64,000 nt of DNA from Felis catus (GCF_018350175.1 NC_058368.1:31684001-31748000), one strand, 5' to 3'. Positions 23,570 through 37,607 are shown, counted from the first letter of the stretch. A program made the numbers and translations. The notes: generated by a model from the sequence alone, not told the origin.

Positions 23570-26500
23570 TGATATTTGTCTTTCTCTGACTAATTTTGCT
23601 TAGCATAATACCCTCTAGTTCCACACACAGTTGCAAATGTCAACATTTCATTCTTTCTGATTGCCGAGTAATACTCCAGTGTGTGTATATATACATATAT
23701 ATATGTATGTATATGTATATAAATATGTATATATACCGTATCTTCTTTATCCATTCATCCATCAATGGACATTTGGGCTCTTTGCATACTTTGGCTATTG
23801 TTGATAGTGCTGCTATGAACATTAGGGTGCATGTGCCCCTTTGAAACAGCATACCTGTATCCCTTGGATAAGTGCCTAGTAGTGCAATTGCTGGGTTGTA
23901 GGATAGTTCTATTTTCAGTTTTTTGAGGAACCTCTATACTGTTTTCCAGAGTGGCCGCACCAGCTTGCATTCCCACCAGCAGTGCAGAAGAGATCCTATT
24001 TCTCTGCATCCTCACCAACATCTGTTGTTGCCTGAGTTGTTAATGTTAGCCATTCTGACAGGTGTGATGTGTTATCTCATTGTGGTTTTGATTTGTATTT
24101 CCCTCATGATGAGTGATGTTGAGCATTTTTTCATGTGTCGGTTGGCCATCTGGATGTCTTCCTTGGAGAAGTGTCTATTCATGTCTTTTGCCCATTTCTT
24201 CACTGGATTATTTGTTTTTGGGGTGTTGAGTTTGATAAGTTCTTTATAGATTTTGGACAAACCTTTATCTGGTATTTCGTTTGTGAATATTTTCTCCCAT
24301 TCTGTAGGCTGCCTTTTAGTTTTGCTGATTGTTTCTTTCACTGTGCAGAAGCTTTTTATTTTGATGAGGTCCCAGTAATTCATTTTTGCTTTTGTTTTCC
24401 TTATATGTGGAGATGTGTCGAGTAAGAAGTTGCCAAGATCGAAGAGGTTTTTGCCTGCTTTCTCCTCGAGTATTTTGATGGCTTCCTATCTTACATTGAG
24501 GTCTTTCATCCATTTTTAGTTTATTTTTGTGTATGGTGTAAGAAAGTGGTCCAGGTTCATTCTTCTACATGTTGCTGTTCAGTTTTCCCAGCACCACTTG
24601 CTGAAGAGATTTTCTTTATTCCATTGGATATTCTTTCCTGCTTTGTCAAAGATTAGTTGGCCATATGTTTGTGGGTCCATTTCTGTGTTCTCTATTCTGT
24701 TCCATTGATCTGAGTGTCTGTTTTTGTGCCAGCACCAGACTGTCCTGATGATTACAACTTTGTAATACAGCTTGAAGTCCAGGATTGTGATGCCTCCAGC
24801 TTTGGTTTCTTTTTAAAGATTGCTTTGGCTCTTCAGAGTCTTTTCTGGTTCCGTACAAATTTTAGGATTGTTTGTTCTAGCTCTGTGAAGAATGTGGTGT
24901 TATTTTGATAGGGATTTAATTGAATATGTAGATTGGGGTAGTATTGACATTTTAACAATATTTGTTGTTCCTATCCAGGTGCATGAAATATTTTTCCATT
25001 TTTTTGTGTCTTCTTCAACTTCTTTCATAAGCTTCCTGTAGTTTTCAGTGTACAGATTTTTCACCTCTTTTGTTAGATCTATTCCTCGGTATTTTATGGT
25101 TTTTTGGTGCAATTGTAAATGGAATCGATTCCTTGATTTCTCTTTCTGTTGCTTCATTATTGGTGTATAGGAATGCAACAGATTTCTGTGCATTGATTTT
25201 ATATCCTGCAACTTTCCTGAATTCATGAATCAGTTCTAGCAGTTTTGTGGTAGAATATTTTGGGTTTTCCATATAGAGGAGTATCATGTCATCTGCAAAG
25301 AGTGAAAGTTTGACCTCCTCCTGACCTATTTGGGTGCCTTTTATTTCTTTGTGTTGACTGATTGCAGAAGCTAAGACTTCCAATGCTATGTTGAATAACA
25401 GTGGTGAGAGTGGACACCCCTGTCTTGTTCCTGACTTTAGGGGGAAAGCTCTCAATTTTTCCCCATTGAGGATGGTATTAGTGTTGGGTCTTTCATATAT
25501 GGCTTTTATTATCTCAAGGTATGATCTTTCTGTCCCTAATTTTTTGAGGGTTTTTATCAAGAAAGGATGCTGTATTGTGTCAAATGCTTTCTCTGCATCT
25601 ATTGAGAGGATCGTATAGTTCTTGTTCTTTCTTTTATTGATGTGATGAATCACACTGATTGTTTTGCGGATAATGAACCACGCCTGCATCCCAGGTATAA
25701 ATCCCACTTGGTCATGGTGAACAATTTGTTTAATGTATTGTTGGATCCAGTTGGCAAATATCTTGTTGAGGATTTTTGCATACATGTTCATCAGGGAAAT
25801 TGGTCTATAGTTCTCCTTTTTAGTGGGGTCTCTGTCTGGTTTTGGAATTAAGGTAATGCTGGGTTCATAGAAAGAGTTTAGAAGTTTTCCTTCCATTTCT
25901 GTTTTTTGGAACAGCTTTAAGAGAATAGGTGTTAAATCTTCCTTAAATGTTTGGTAGAATTCCCCTGGAAAGCCATCTGGCCCTGTACTCTTGTTTTTTG
26001 GGAGATTTTTGATTACTAATTTGATTTCTTTACTAGTTATGGGTCTGTTCAAATTTTCTATTTCTTCCTGTTTCAGTTTTGGTAGTGTATATGTTTCGAG
26101 GAATTTGTCCATTTCTTCCAGATTTCCCATTTTATTGGTGTATAACTGTTCGTAATACTTTCTTATTATTATTTTTATTTCTGCTGTGTTGGTTGTGATC
26201 TCTCCTCTTTCATTCTCAATTTTATTTATTTGGGTACTTTTTTTTTATCAAACTGGATAGTGGTTTATCAATTTTGTTAATTCTTTCAAGGAACCAGCTT
26301 CTGGTTTCATTGATCTGTTCTATTGTTTGTTTGTTTGGTTGGTTGGTTGGTTGGTTTCGATAGCATTAATTTCTGCTCTATTCTTTATTATTTATTGTCT
26401 TCTGCTGGTTTTGGATTTTATTTGCTGTTCTTTTTCCAGCTCTTTAAGGTGTAAGGTTAGGTTGTGTATCTGAGATCTTTCTTCGTTCTTTAGGAAGTCC

Positions 26501-27405
26501 TGGATTGCTATATACTTTCCTCTTATGACTGCCTTTGCTGTGTCCCAGAGGTTTTGGGTTGTGGTGTTATCATTTTCATTGGCTTCCATGAACTTCTTAC
26601 TTTTTTTTTTAACTTCTTGGTTAGCCCATTCATTCTTTAGTAGGATGTTCTTTAGTCTCCACGTATTTGTTACCTTTCCAAATTTGTTCTTGTGGTTGAT
26701 TTCAAGGTTCATAGCGTTGTGGTCTGAAAATATGCATGGTATGATCTTGATCCTTTTGTACTTGTTGATGGCTGATTTGTGTCCCTGTATGTGGTGTATT
26801 CTGGAGAACATTCCATGTGCACTGGAGAAGAATGTATATTCTGCTGCTTTAGGATGAAATGTTCTGAATATATTTGATAAGTCCATCTGGTCCAATGTGT
26901 CATTCAAAGCCATTGTCTCCTTGTTGATTTTTTAATTAGATGATCTGTCCATTGCTGTGAGTGGGGTGTTGAAATCCCCTACTGTTATGGTATTATTATC
27001 AATGAGTTTCTTTATGTTTGTGATTAATTGATTTATGTATTTGGGTGCTTTCACATTTGGCACATAAATGTTTACAATTGTTAGGTCTTCATGGTGAATA
27101 GACCACTTAATTATGATATAATGCCCTTCTGCATCTCTTGATACAGTCTTTATTTTAAAGTCTAGATTGTCTAATATAAGTATGGCTACTCTGGCTTTCT
27201 TTTCTTGACCATTATCATGAAAGATGGTTCTCCATCCCCTTACTTTCAACCTGAAGGTGTCTTTAGGTCTAAAGTGAGTCTCTTGTAAACAGAATACAGA
27301 TGGATCTTGTTTTCTTATACATTCTGTTACCCTATGTCTTTTGATTGGACCAGTGAGTCCATTGACGGTTAGAGTGAGTACTGAAAGATATGAATTTATT
27401 ACCAT
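23570..27405 (-). pseudogene. L1 ORF2p (endonuclease / reverse transcriptase), broken by frameshifts and stops
   Basis: Fragments in the ORF track: EN (..CLQETHFR..VGDFNTPL 26932-27405; FSDHNAM 26392-26913), RT ([38 protein letters not shown] 25045-26130) and C-terminus (24072-24383, 23640-23852). Confidence 0.95.
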
Positions 27406-27453
27406 TATGTTATTTGAAGAGTTCGAGTTTCTGGTGGTGTTCTCTGGTCCTTT

Positions 27454-27476
27454 CTAGTCTTTGTTGCTTTTGGTAT

Positions 27477-27511
<35 letters not shown>

Positions 27512-28414
27512 TTTGGTCTTTTCTCCCCTCAGAGAGTCCCCCTTAAAATTTCTTGCAGGGCTGGTTTATTGGTCATGAACTCCTTTGATTTTTTTTTTGT
27601 CTGGAAACCTTTTAATCTCTCCTTCTATTTTGAATGACAGGCTTGCTGGATAAAGAATTCTTGGCTGCATATTTTTCTGATTCAGCACACTGAATATATC
27701 CCACCGCTCCTTTCTGGCCTGCCAAGTTTCTCTGGATAGGTCTGCTCTGAACCTGATTTGTCTTCCCTTATAGGGTAAGGACTTTTTTTTTTTCCCTTGC
27801 TGCTTTCATGATTCTTTCCTTGCTTGAGTATTTTGTGAATTTGACTATGATATGCCTTGCTGATGGTAGGTTTTTGTTGAATCTAATGGGGGTTCTCTGT
27901 GCTTCCTGGATTTTGATGCCTGTGTCTTTCCCCAGGTTAGGAAAGTTTTCTGCTATGATTTGCTCACATATCCCTTCTACCCCTATTTCTCTCTCTTCCT
28001 TTTCTGGGACCCCTATGATTCTGATGTTGTTCCTTTTTAATGAGTCACTGATTTCTCTAATTCTTAAATCGTGCTCTTTTACCATAGTCTCCCTCTTTTT
28101 TTTTTTGTTTCATTATTCTCCATAAGTTTGTCCTCTTTATCACTGATTTCCTGTTCTTCCTCATCCATCCTTGCCACCATGGCATCCATTCGAGTTTGAA
28201 GCTCAGTTATAACTTTTTATTTCATCCTGACTAGCTTTTACTTCTTTAATCCACAGAAAGAGATTCTAATCTATTTTCGACTCCAGCTAGTATTCTTCCT
28301 ATTACCGTGATTCTAAACTGTTTCAGACATCTTGCTTGTATCTGTGTTAATTAAGTCCCTGGCTGTCGTTTCTTCCTGCTATTTCTCTTGGGATGAATTC
28401 CTTCATTTCATCAT
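27454..28414 (-). pseudogene. L1 ORF1p, disrupted
   Basis: Start-like ATG at 28414. LKRNNIRIIGVPE...IIAENFPNL...IQEAQRTP...RHIIVKF (27768-28085) is the ORF1p RRM region. In-frame stops are present and a (TAAA)n expansion lies near the end. Confidence 0.92.
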
Positions 28415-30921
28415 TTTGAAAGGAGAAAAGGAATTAATGATGTAAAAAAATGAAAATAAAAAAAATATTAAAATTAAAAAATTAAAAACAAACACACAAA
28501 AATAATCAAATGATGCTAGATCCTAGGTGTGTTTTAGTCTGGGTGTTGAAAGATTAGTGATAGATTAGTGAAAAAAGGGCATGATAGATTAGTGAAAAAA
28601 GGGGAAAGAAAGAAAAAGGAAATCATTTGAAAATTTGAAAAAATGAATACACTGAAGTAGAATAAAATGAAATGATGTAAGTAAAATACAATTTGAGAAA
28701 ATTTACACAAAAGTAAAAAAAATATAGTAGAAAAAATTAAAGAAAAATATTTTTAAGAAAAATTGAAAATAAAAATAAAGTTTTTCTTTCTGTATTCCAG
28801 AAAAAGAAAAGAAATGAAAAAGAGAAAAAGAAAAAAAATTTGAATAGATGGACCCACGAACAGACTGAAATATGACAGAAATTACTTCGTTTTCCCCTAG
28901 ATGTCAGACTATGAAGCGCTTGATAGTCCATAAACTAAGCAAGAGGAGAGACTCATGTTCCTGAAGAGCGCGACTGGCCCAGTTACACGGGGCTTAGTGT
29001 AATGGCATCACCCAGCTACGCAGTCTCTAGGATCGGAACTCTCTTCTCCCTGATCAGCAATCATGCACCCGTCCTTTGTCTTCACCTTATGTCCACTCCC
29101 TGCTTTTACATGGTCTGTGACCAAGCTCCAGGCAGCACCTTACTCTAGAGTTTTATCTCAGATATGGCTGTTTTTTCCGACCCCTTATTTCTGAGGAACT
29201 GCGGCGTTGACCCGTTCTGCCCCTCTGGGGAGGGTCTCACTGAGCAATGGCCAGGTGCTGGCCCCACCCAGGTACGTTCATGGGATCATGCTGCTGCCAA
29301 CACCCAGAGACTGCAGCTGGATGCCAGGCCGCCCCAGAAAAAGTTCACATGATCCTGTAGCAGCGGCGTTTCAGGGATATGGAAAATCACAACACACATC
29401 TGGCACCAGGCTTCACCCCCAGCAACCTTGTTCCAACACCAGTGAATATGGTTGTTCTCCCGAGGTCCACTGGGGCCTTTGACTTTGGGTGATCCACACA
29501 GCCTTTACCAGGTGTCCTCCCAGCAGGGGTACCGCCTCCTCCGTGTGGCCTAAAGACCCTGGACTTCACTGTGCTTCTGGGGATTCGCCCTTCTCACCAG
29601 TGCTCCACCAGGTAACGAGCTGCGGAGTTTCAGACTCTGTGCTCCCCTGTTTATAGAGTCTTAATGGATTTTAAACCTTCTTTCTCCTTTTTCCCTTTTT
29701 AGTTCAGTCCCTGAACCTGTTTCCACTCTTCCACTTTCTCTCCAGCTGCTTTGAGGTGGGGCCTGCTTTTCCCATACTCTCCCCTCGTCTCCATCCTCTC
29801 TCCACATGCAAAAGTGGCTCCCTGCCCTCCACGGCTTCTCTCTCCCCCAGTTCACCTCACTGTGTCGCGTACCTGCTGAATTCTGTGGTTCAGGCTGTGC
29901 AGATTGTTGTGTTAATCCCCAGATCTGTTTTCTAGGTGTGCAGGATGGTTTAGTGTTGATATGGCTGTATTTCATGGACATGAAAAAACTTCCATGCTGT
30001 TCGGCCAGCTTGGCTACTCCCCAGACTTTTAAGAAAAATGAGTCTACCTTTCCTAATGCACAGTTTCTAAGTCTTCCCACCTTAATTTATTATTAATGTC
30101 GTTATTAACAACTATTTAGCCTTCCCTTTCTTTTAATATCCAGGTTAAGAATCACTTTGCCCAAACACGTTCTTTAAAGGCGACCTATTTTTGTCTTGTC
30201 CTTTTCATAGCTGTCATTCCCATTTTAATTCATGTAGGTGATACCATTTGCTCTCTGATTTCTAAACTTACTGTGTCTTTGGATTACTTACTGTAAATCT
30301 GTATTAAAGCCCCAGGTATTTACTGTTGTTTGTGGCAAAAATTCTGTTAATGTTACTGATGGTTTTGGTGATGAAATCCCATCAGTGTGTTAAACTGTGA
30401 CCAAGAGTGTAAACAAGATGGATAGTATTCCATGCTTCTATAGTGTATACTATTGAGATAAGCAATGAGTTCTTGACACTCATTCTTTAGGATTTATTTA
30501 TTAGGATGAGTGAGCCCTTGTTTGCCTTTCACAGGAGTAGAAAGAATGAGAGAAGGAACTGGTTGTGGAAAGTTTGACTTGCTACAGATAGTTATTGGCT
30601 GAATTAGACAAGTATTGGTAAAGAAGATACAGAGATGCAGGAATGTATTTTTCCTTCTTACAACATTTTTGCACATTTTTACATTTAAAAAAATTGAAAA
30701 CATTTGGAACATTTGGGTGTATTTTGAGTGATGGCTATTGCTATGGATTGAGCAACAGATGGTCAGACTAGGATGAGGCATCTATATGCCAGAGGAGCTG
30801 GTTTGTGATAAGATCAAATTTCTAACTAAAAAAGAGGAAGTGAATAAAAATGCAGTCTAATAGCTATCTGCAGTCTAACAGGCCAAATCTTGAATTCTAG
30901 TTTTAAAAGTGACAGATTCCT

Positions 30922-31084
30922 GGGATGCCTTGGTGGCTCAGTTGGGTAAGCATCTGACTCTAGATTTCAGCTCAGGTCGTAATGTCTTGGTCCCTGAGTT
31001 GGAGCCTCGTGTTGGTGTATGAGGTGACAGTATGAAGCCTGCTGGCATTCTCTCTCTCCCTCTCTCTTTGCCTCTCCCCTGTGT

Positions 31085-31120
<36 letters not shown>

Positions 31121-31150
31121 AAAATAAATAAATGAACATTTTTTTTTAAA
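30922..31150 (+). mobile_element. Can-SINE
   Basis: gggatgccttggtggctcagttggg head; TSD tga(c/g)agattcc at 30910-30920 and 31151-31161. Confidence 0.93.
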
Positions 31151-32589
31151 TGAGAGATTCCAAAACAAAACATTTCACATAATGGAGATCTGGATACTTT
31201 AAGTTTTTCAAAAATGCCCAGATATTTTAACAAATCTCTATAGGTTGCTGGGTAATTTTATAGGTATTTTTTCTCTTTATCTCTTCTTTCCTCATCCCTT
31301 TCTTCCTGAGCTTGGTAATTCAGAACCAAAATGAATTAAGTAAATTTCCTGGTATTGTCCAAATTGCAACAGAGACCCTGGCTTCTCTAGAGATTTTATT
31401 TTAAGGAAGAAAATGAATACAAACGAGACACTGAGGTTATGTTTCATAGAAGGAACACAATTTAAATCAATATTGATAGTCTGTGTAGTGGCACTGGGTG
31501 CTTTAAATTCTACTTTCTATATCCTGTCTTTGCAAGTCTACTTTACTTTTAAGAAATGATTAGATCTAAGGCAGTCCTGTATCCATTTGGAGATAGATCT
31601 ATATGTATCCTGAGGGCTGAACTGAGGTCTATAGAAATCATACCTTCAACCCAAGGTATGATGCCTTTTGTGACAGGTTCTTTGAAGTCTTTCTTCAATC
31701 TTTCTTTAAAGAGAAAGAAAAATAGTTCAAACACACTTTTTTTTTTATTCAGAGTTAAGTTTAAAGTTTACCTGATCATAAGATGGGGGGAGGAAGGAAA
31801 AAATTATTTTTTTTCCTAATGACATTGGTTTCTCTTTGAAGTCCAGCCTCTAGACAAGTCACATCAATATCAAAGAATCCATAAGCAGATTCAGAAAAGC
31901 TCAGATTGGAAATATCAGGATAAGTCAGTTTTCTGTCTCTGAGCTTATAGAACTTTACAAAATCCTGAAGGTTTTTAGTATTTTAATTAACAATAGGTGA
32001 ATATTAATTTTTATATTAACATCTTTAAATAAATATTTTATGGATGAAAATATTTGGCTGAAAAAAAACAGATTACCGTATAAATTAAAGCCTTTGATCC
32101 TTTGCCTCTCCTATTTTTACTAAAGCCTGCTGAAGTGAGTCAAAGTCTTCCATTTTAAGAAATATAGAATCTCGATGCAGAAAACAGAGTTCTTTTAAGA
32201 TTCTAATGACAAATTGTTCCATCATATCTTAGTATTAATCAGTTTATTTATTTGACAAATCAAAAATGAAAGTTCCAATACACATTATTTAAGGTTTGCA
32301 GCATTTTTTAGAAGGTATTACTAACCCCATTAGGTAAGAGAAAACCTATGTGCGTCAATTATTACAAAGAAAATTTCAAAGTCTTAGAGTTAATAACTGA
32401 AATTTGAACCAAAGATAGTTTAACTCCCATGCAATATGCTATTTCCAGAACACAATGACTTTCTCAAGCACATTTAGTTTTCTCTCCATATGTATTATTC
32501 CAGTTTCCCCAACCCATCTTACTGACATTTTTCCATATTGATGTGATATAGCAAAAAACTTTAAAGTTGGATTAAAAATAAAAAGTTAG

Positions 32590-35330
32590 AGTGTTGGCAC
32601 GAAGTAGTTCGAGAATGGTGAAATCAAGATGTGTGAATGTCTGTACCTCAATAAAAGCAATGACAACACTGGCAAAAATAGTGAAAATTAACATTTCCAA
32701 AACTCACTTATTTAACCAAAAGTTTGCAACAATTCTTGGACAATCTATCCAAGAAAAAACAGTTAAATTAGGGTAAGAATTTAAGTGCTATGGAATTCAT
32801 GTTCTCCCTACTGCCATCTCCCCTGCTCCCCAGGGACTCTGTGGCAGCCTCATAAAACCTGCAGCCTGAGAAACGTGATACCTATTAAAACCAGCAGCCT
32901 GGCAACCCCTAAATGGACAGAATGTTTTGGAGCTTCCCCAAAAGCCTAATCCTCTAAATTTGTCACTATTTGATGTGTCTGGCAATCCCCTGGAAAAGTC
33001 CCATTCATAAGGTTTTTCATTCTTTGAGGTGAAGTGAAGAAAATCTATCCCCAGGGCATTTGTAAGAAAAACAATCGGTAGAAATTGCTTAACACTGCAG
33101 TGTGTGCCTGACACTGCACAACCAGTAGGGACAAGCATTTAACCATCTCCTGGTCAAAATCATAAAAGGAAAATCTTGGAAATGAAATATCCATAGAAGG
33201 CTTTGAAAAGTTCCAGTTCAATCCAAGGATATATAAGGCCATGTACAAGTGCAAGGCTGTTCATATTCTCGGGCAAGACTGGAGGATGCCAGAGCTGCTT
33301 ACCACTGACTCGTGCAAGCAGAAAGTCATGGCTAAGGCAGGGTTGTAAACTGCCTGCCTGAGCATTGAAAATATGCTCCAACACACACACAGAACCCCTC
33401 AGCACACAGTGGGAGACTTACTGGTTCCAGGAATGTAAAAGAAACTGTCCAATCATTAGTGGACAAGTAAGCTAACTGAGCAGGGACTGTAGTGGTCACC
33501 CTAAAACAAGAACACACTGTATAAAATGAGTCTGCAAAAGGCAATAAACAAACACATAAAATTACCAAATGGGAAAAACAGCTAACCTTGGATAGGGTAA
33601 AATGTGATCTCCAGAACTGTCAGATTATTTTGTTTAAAATGTCCAGTGTTTAACAGAAAAAAAAAATTATGAGAACTTAAAAGAAATAGGAAAGTATGAT
33701 GGTCCAGAAAAAAAAAAAAGTGCAGTCAATAGAAACTGACATTGAGGAAACTCGGATGTTGGATTTGCTAGACAAATATTTGAAATCAGTACTATAAGTG
33801 TGTTCAAATAATTAAAGGAAACCATATCTAAATAATTACATTAGGTAGAATACTATGGCATGATAAATAGAGAATATCTATAGAGATAAAAATCTTATGA
33901 AATAGATATTCTGGAGTTGAAAAGTAGATTTGAAATGACAGAAAAACATTTAGAATACTTGAAGATAGTTTAATTTTTGTTACTCAGTCTGAAAACCTGC
34001 ATAACAAAAGCGTAAGAATCCACATAAAAGAAAAAAACAGAAAAAAGAAAAAAGCACATAACCCTCAAGAAAAGTGAAGCATGACTAAATGTATGTACAT
34101 CATAATGGGAGCTTCAGAAGGAAGAGAGACAAAAATGTGGACAGAATATTTAAAGAAATAGTGGCCCAAAACTTCTTAAATTTAATGGAAACCATTAATC
34201 TACACATCCAAGAAGCTCAATAAACTTCAAGTAAAAAACTCAAAGAGATCCATAACTACCCACATCATAAACTCTCAACAGCCAAAAACAAAGACAGAAT
34301 CTTAAAGGCAGCAAGTGGTAAACAATTTATCAAAAGATATCTCCAGTAAGAATATACACTGACTTATCATCAGAAATTACAAAAGCCAGAGGCAGTGCGA
34401 TAACTATTCAAAGTGCTGAAATAAAAGGACTATCAACCAAAATGTTTGTATAGAGCAAAACTATCTTTCAAACAGGAAGGGTAAATTAAGACATTTAAGA
34501 TAAATTAAAAAACAAAACAAAACAAACAGTGAATGGTTGGAAAAAAGAACTAACCATGGAAACAGTAATGAAAATAAAGCATGAGTTGCTGTACCAATAT
34601 CAGGGAAAGTAGACTTTAATACAAAAAATTGTTACTAGAGCTAAAGAAGGACAGTTTATAGTAATAAAAATCAATCCATCCTGAAAATATAATAATTATA
34701 AAGATATATTCACTTATCAATACAGCCCCTAAATTCACGAATCAAAACCTGACAGAATTGAAATGAGAAAGATATCATTCAACAATAATAGTTGAAGAAT
34801 TCAATACACCTCTTCCAATAATGGAAAAATAACTAGACAAAAGATAAATAAGGAAAGAGAAGGCTTGAACAACACTATCAACTAACTTGACATGATAGGT
34901 GTCTGTAATGCATCAATTAACAACAGAATACACATTCATCTCAAGAGTACATGAAACATTCTCCAGAATAGACCATATGTTAGGCCATACAACAAGCCCA
35001 AATAATTATACAAAGATTGAAATTATACAAAATATGTTCTCTGGCAAAAACATAATTAGGTAGGAAATCTGTAAGAAAAAGAAATTCAGGAAACTCATAA
35101 ATATGTGGACATTAAACAACACACCCCCTAACTAATTAATGTTTTCCAGGGACTAGTTGTGGTAGGAATAGGGAATGACTGCTGATGGGTATGGGATTTC
35201 TTTTTTGGTTGATGAAAGTGTTTTAAAGTTAGGTACTGATGATGAATTCACAACTCTGTGAATATTCTAAAAACAGTGAATTGTACAAATCAAAGGGGTG
35301 TATTTTATGGTATATAAACTGTATCTCAAT

Positions 35331-35332
<2 letters not shown>
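32590..35332 (+). mobile_element. Old L1 (L1M-type): 5' region, ORF1, EN part of ORF2, then directly an L1MB-type 3' end
   Basis: ORF1-like aaagaaatagtggcccaaaacttc...catccaagaagctcaa and EN-like gtgaatggttggaaaaaa...acattctccagaatagaccatatgttaggcca. At about 35136 the 3' UTR begins (gggaatgactgctgatgggtatggg...tatctcaataa). Confidence 0.8.
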
Positions 35333-35394
<62 letters not shown>

Positions 35395-35478
35395 AAAGAA
35401 AGAAAAGAAAGAAAAAGAAAGGAAAGAAAGAGAAAGAGAAAAGAAAGAAAGAAAAAGAAAAAGAAAGAAAGAGAAAGA
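35331..35478. repeat. (GAAA)n / pure polypurine tract derived from the L1 poly-A tail
   Basis: 148 consecutive purines directly after the L1 3' end. Confidence 0.95.
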
Positions 35479-35524
35479 TAGAGGTAGATGATAGACTAAC
35501 ATTTATGAACTTCAGAATTCTGAA

Positions 35525-35680
35525 ACTCAACCTGTCTGAAATTCAGTTTCCTTTGCTGTAAAGTGGAAACATTAATGTCTTCTGTTAACTCAGAGGCTTA
35601 AGTGTCATTATAGTTAAAAATTTATGCACATATGCTTTGCAAATTGTGATACCTACCTACAAAAAGTTTAAGCTATTATT
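35525..35680 (+). mobile_element. MIR relic
   Basis: ctcaacctgtctgaaattcagtttcctttgctgtaaagtgg resembles the MIR core. Confidence 0.5.
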
Positions 35681-36922
35681 ATATTTGACCAACATACCAT
35701 AAAAATAGTCTTGTGTTCTCACTTACATGTTTAAATTTCTTGTGGGATGAATTTATTCCTGAACCTTTTATTTATCTTGGAAAAACATAAATTTCTATAG
35801 ATTTTCATGAAATTGAAAGTAATATTTGTGTCAGGACTTTTGAGTTGATATCTTGATTAAGAGATATGTATTGAGTTTGTTTTAGATACTATGTAAGAAC
35901 TGGACTACTTGGGGGATATAAATAATTATCAAGTTAGTTTTAGTTCAAATATAAAATATTACATGTATACATATATCTCTCCCTATATATTCATAGACAC
36001 AGTATAGATAAATGAAGAGCACAAAATAAGTAACAAGCCATTCAAAAAGCTTACATAGCTTATCTATGTGAAAATTGTTACAAATGTGTAAGAGCTTTTT
36101 GGGGGAGGATTATATGCATAGACACTTTATGACTTCTTAAAATTTTTAATTTTCCATCCATTTGATTGACCAAACAGTAAAAAGTTAAAACAGTACTGAT
36201 AATTATCCTGAGCATTGGGGAATCACAAACTCTATTGGTAAGCATATGGTTTTGTACTACTACTTTGAAAAGACAATTTTGCTTTATCTATTAAATTGCC
36301 AACATATGCCCTATGATGCTGCAAGTCCCAGGAAATAGGATATATGTTCTTTATATATCCTAATGAAACTTTTCATAGTAACATAAAATTACTTGTACAA
36401 AAAATTTTATAACAACATTGTTTATAAGAATGAAATATGAATAGACTACCTCCAAAGTTTCAAATATTGGATTCAAATTGGTAGTATGGGAAATAGACAT
36501 AACTGAGAACTCCTAATTCTCAGACTTTTAAAAGAGGAAACTTTTTGGGGATGATGGTGGTGCTGTAAAAGAGTATAAGGGAGCAGCACCTTGGTGAGAA
36601 TTTGCAAAATTTAATGTCTCCCAAGATGTAGCTGGATTTATGTGTCCGATAGTTAATTATTCCTTCTGCATTCAGGCTCTGCTGTATTGACTATCTTCAA
36701 GTCTCTTCAGCTCTCATTAGGGAGTAGTGGGGGCTTGAATGGTAATGGGCAGGTAGAATGTTGATGTATGGGGGTAGATCTCAGGAGTTTATCTCAACAG
36801 AAGTTTGTGGATCAGCAACTGACCTCTATTTTAGTACTTCTCATCTTTCTTCACTGATTTTCAGAGGGTCCCAATTACTTACTGCTTCATCTCAAAGTTA
36901 ATTCAATTAGAGTGTTGAATTT

Positions 36923-37120
36923 GGGGCACCTGGGTGTCTCAGTTCGGTTAAGCATCTCTTGATTTCCCCTCAGGCCATCATCTCAGGGTTTGTGAGATCC
37001 AGCCCAGCATTGGGCTTTGCACTGTCAGTGCTGAGCCTGCTTGGGATTTTCTCTCTCTGCCCCTCCCCAGCTCATGCTCACATATTCTCTCTCTCAAGAT
37101 AAATATATTTTTTTTAAAGA
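36923..37120 (+). mobile_element. Can-SINE
   Basis: TSD agtgttgaatt at 36911-36921 and 37121-37131. Confidence 0.93.
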
Positions 37121-37607
37121 AGTGTTGAATTAGGTCTTAAGTAAGGTTCGTTTATTTCTAAAGTCCACTTATCAGAAGAATGGGCTCTTTTTTTATTCAT
37201 TCAACTAATTTACTGTGATCTCAAAGGCCTGACACTTTTCTTGAAAATATAGGTTTAAATAGTATAAATTTCTCCAATGTAGTAACTCAAAACTGTACTT
37301 CTTGAATGTATTTTGTTTGAGCTTGATAACCATCTTTCAAAAGACATCTCTCTCATACAGGGATGCAGACTTCTGAGGTGTGTTACTTATGATAATTATT
37401 CTGTAACTCTTTCTTAATTGTTTATTTGAATTATATTTAAATACAGAGGCTCTGAACAATGCTCATGCTTCTGAGGGATACAACACTTACACAGTCTGAA
37501 CACAGTTCAGGCTATGCCTTTGGATATTCTTTAAATTATTCTATAAAATGTAGACTTTTTAAAATGTGAAAATAAAAGAGAAATTAGACTATTTTCTTAC
37601 CAAAGAA

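Larger units (their letters stand above)
23341..30021 (-). mobile_element. Full-length, inactivated felid/carnivore LINE-1 (~6.7 kb)
   Basis: 5' end ggggagtagccaagctggccgaacagcatggaag at 30021, then 5' UTR, ORF1, ORF2, 3' UTR and a short A tail. TSD cagactttt at 23332-23340 and 30022-30030; the right copy is followed by aa (TTTT/AA endonuclease site). Confidence 0.96.

Noticed and set aside
25045..26130. 361-aa reverse transcriptase ORF as a retron, DGR or novel RT system
   Set aside because: The motifs and context are ordinary LINE-1 ORF2p within a frameshifted full-length L1.
28950..30021. GC-richer region as a host CpG-island promoter
   Set aside because: It is the L1 5' UTR and its CpGs are largely decayed.
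30353..30387. Small hairpin actgatgg...ccatcagt containing gtgatga (box C-like)
   Set aside because: Too short and lacking a correctly placed box D; expected by chance.
35239..35561. Lys/Glu/Arg-rich and Phe/Ser/Leu-rich ORFs
   Set aside because: Translations of the (GAAA)n tract.
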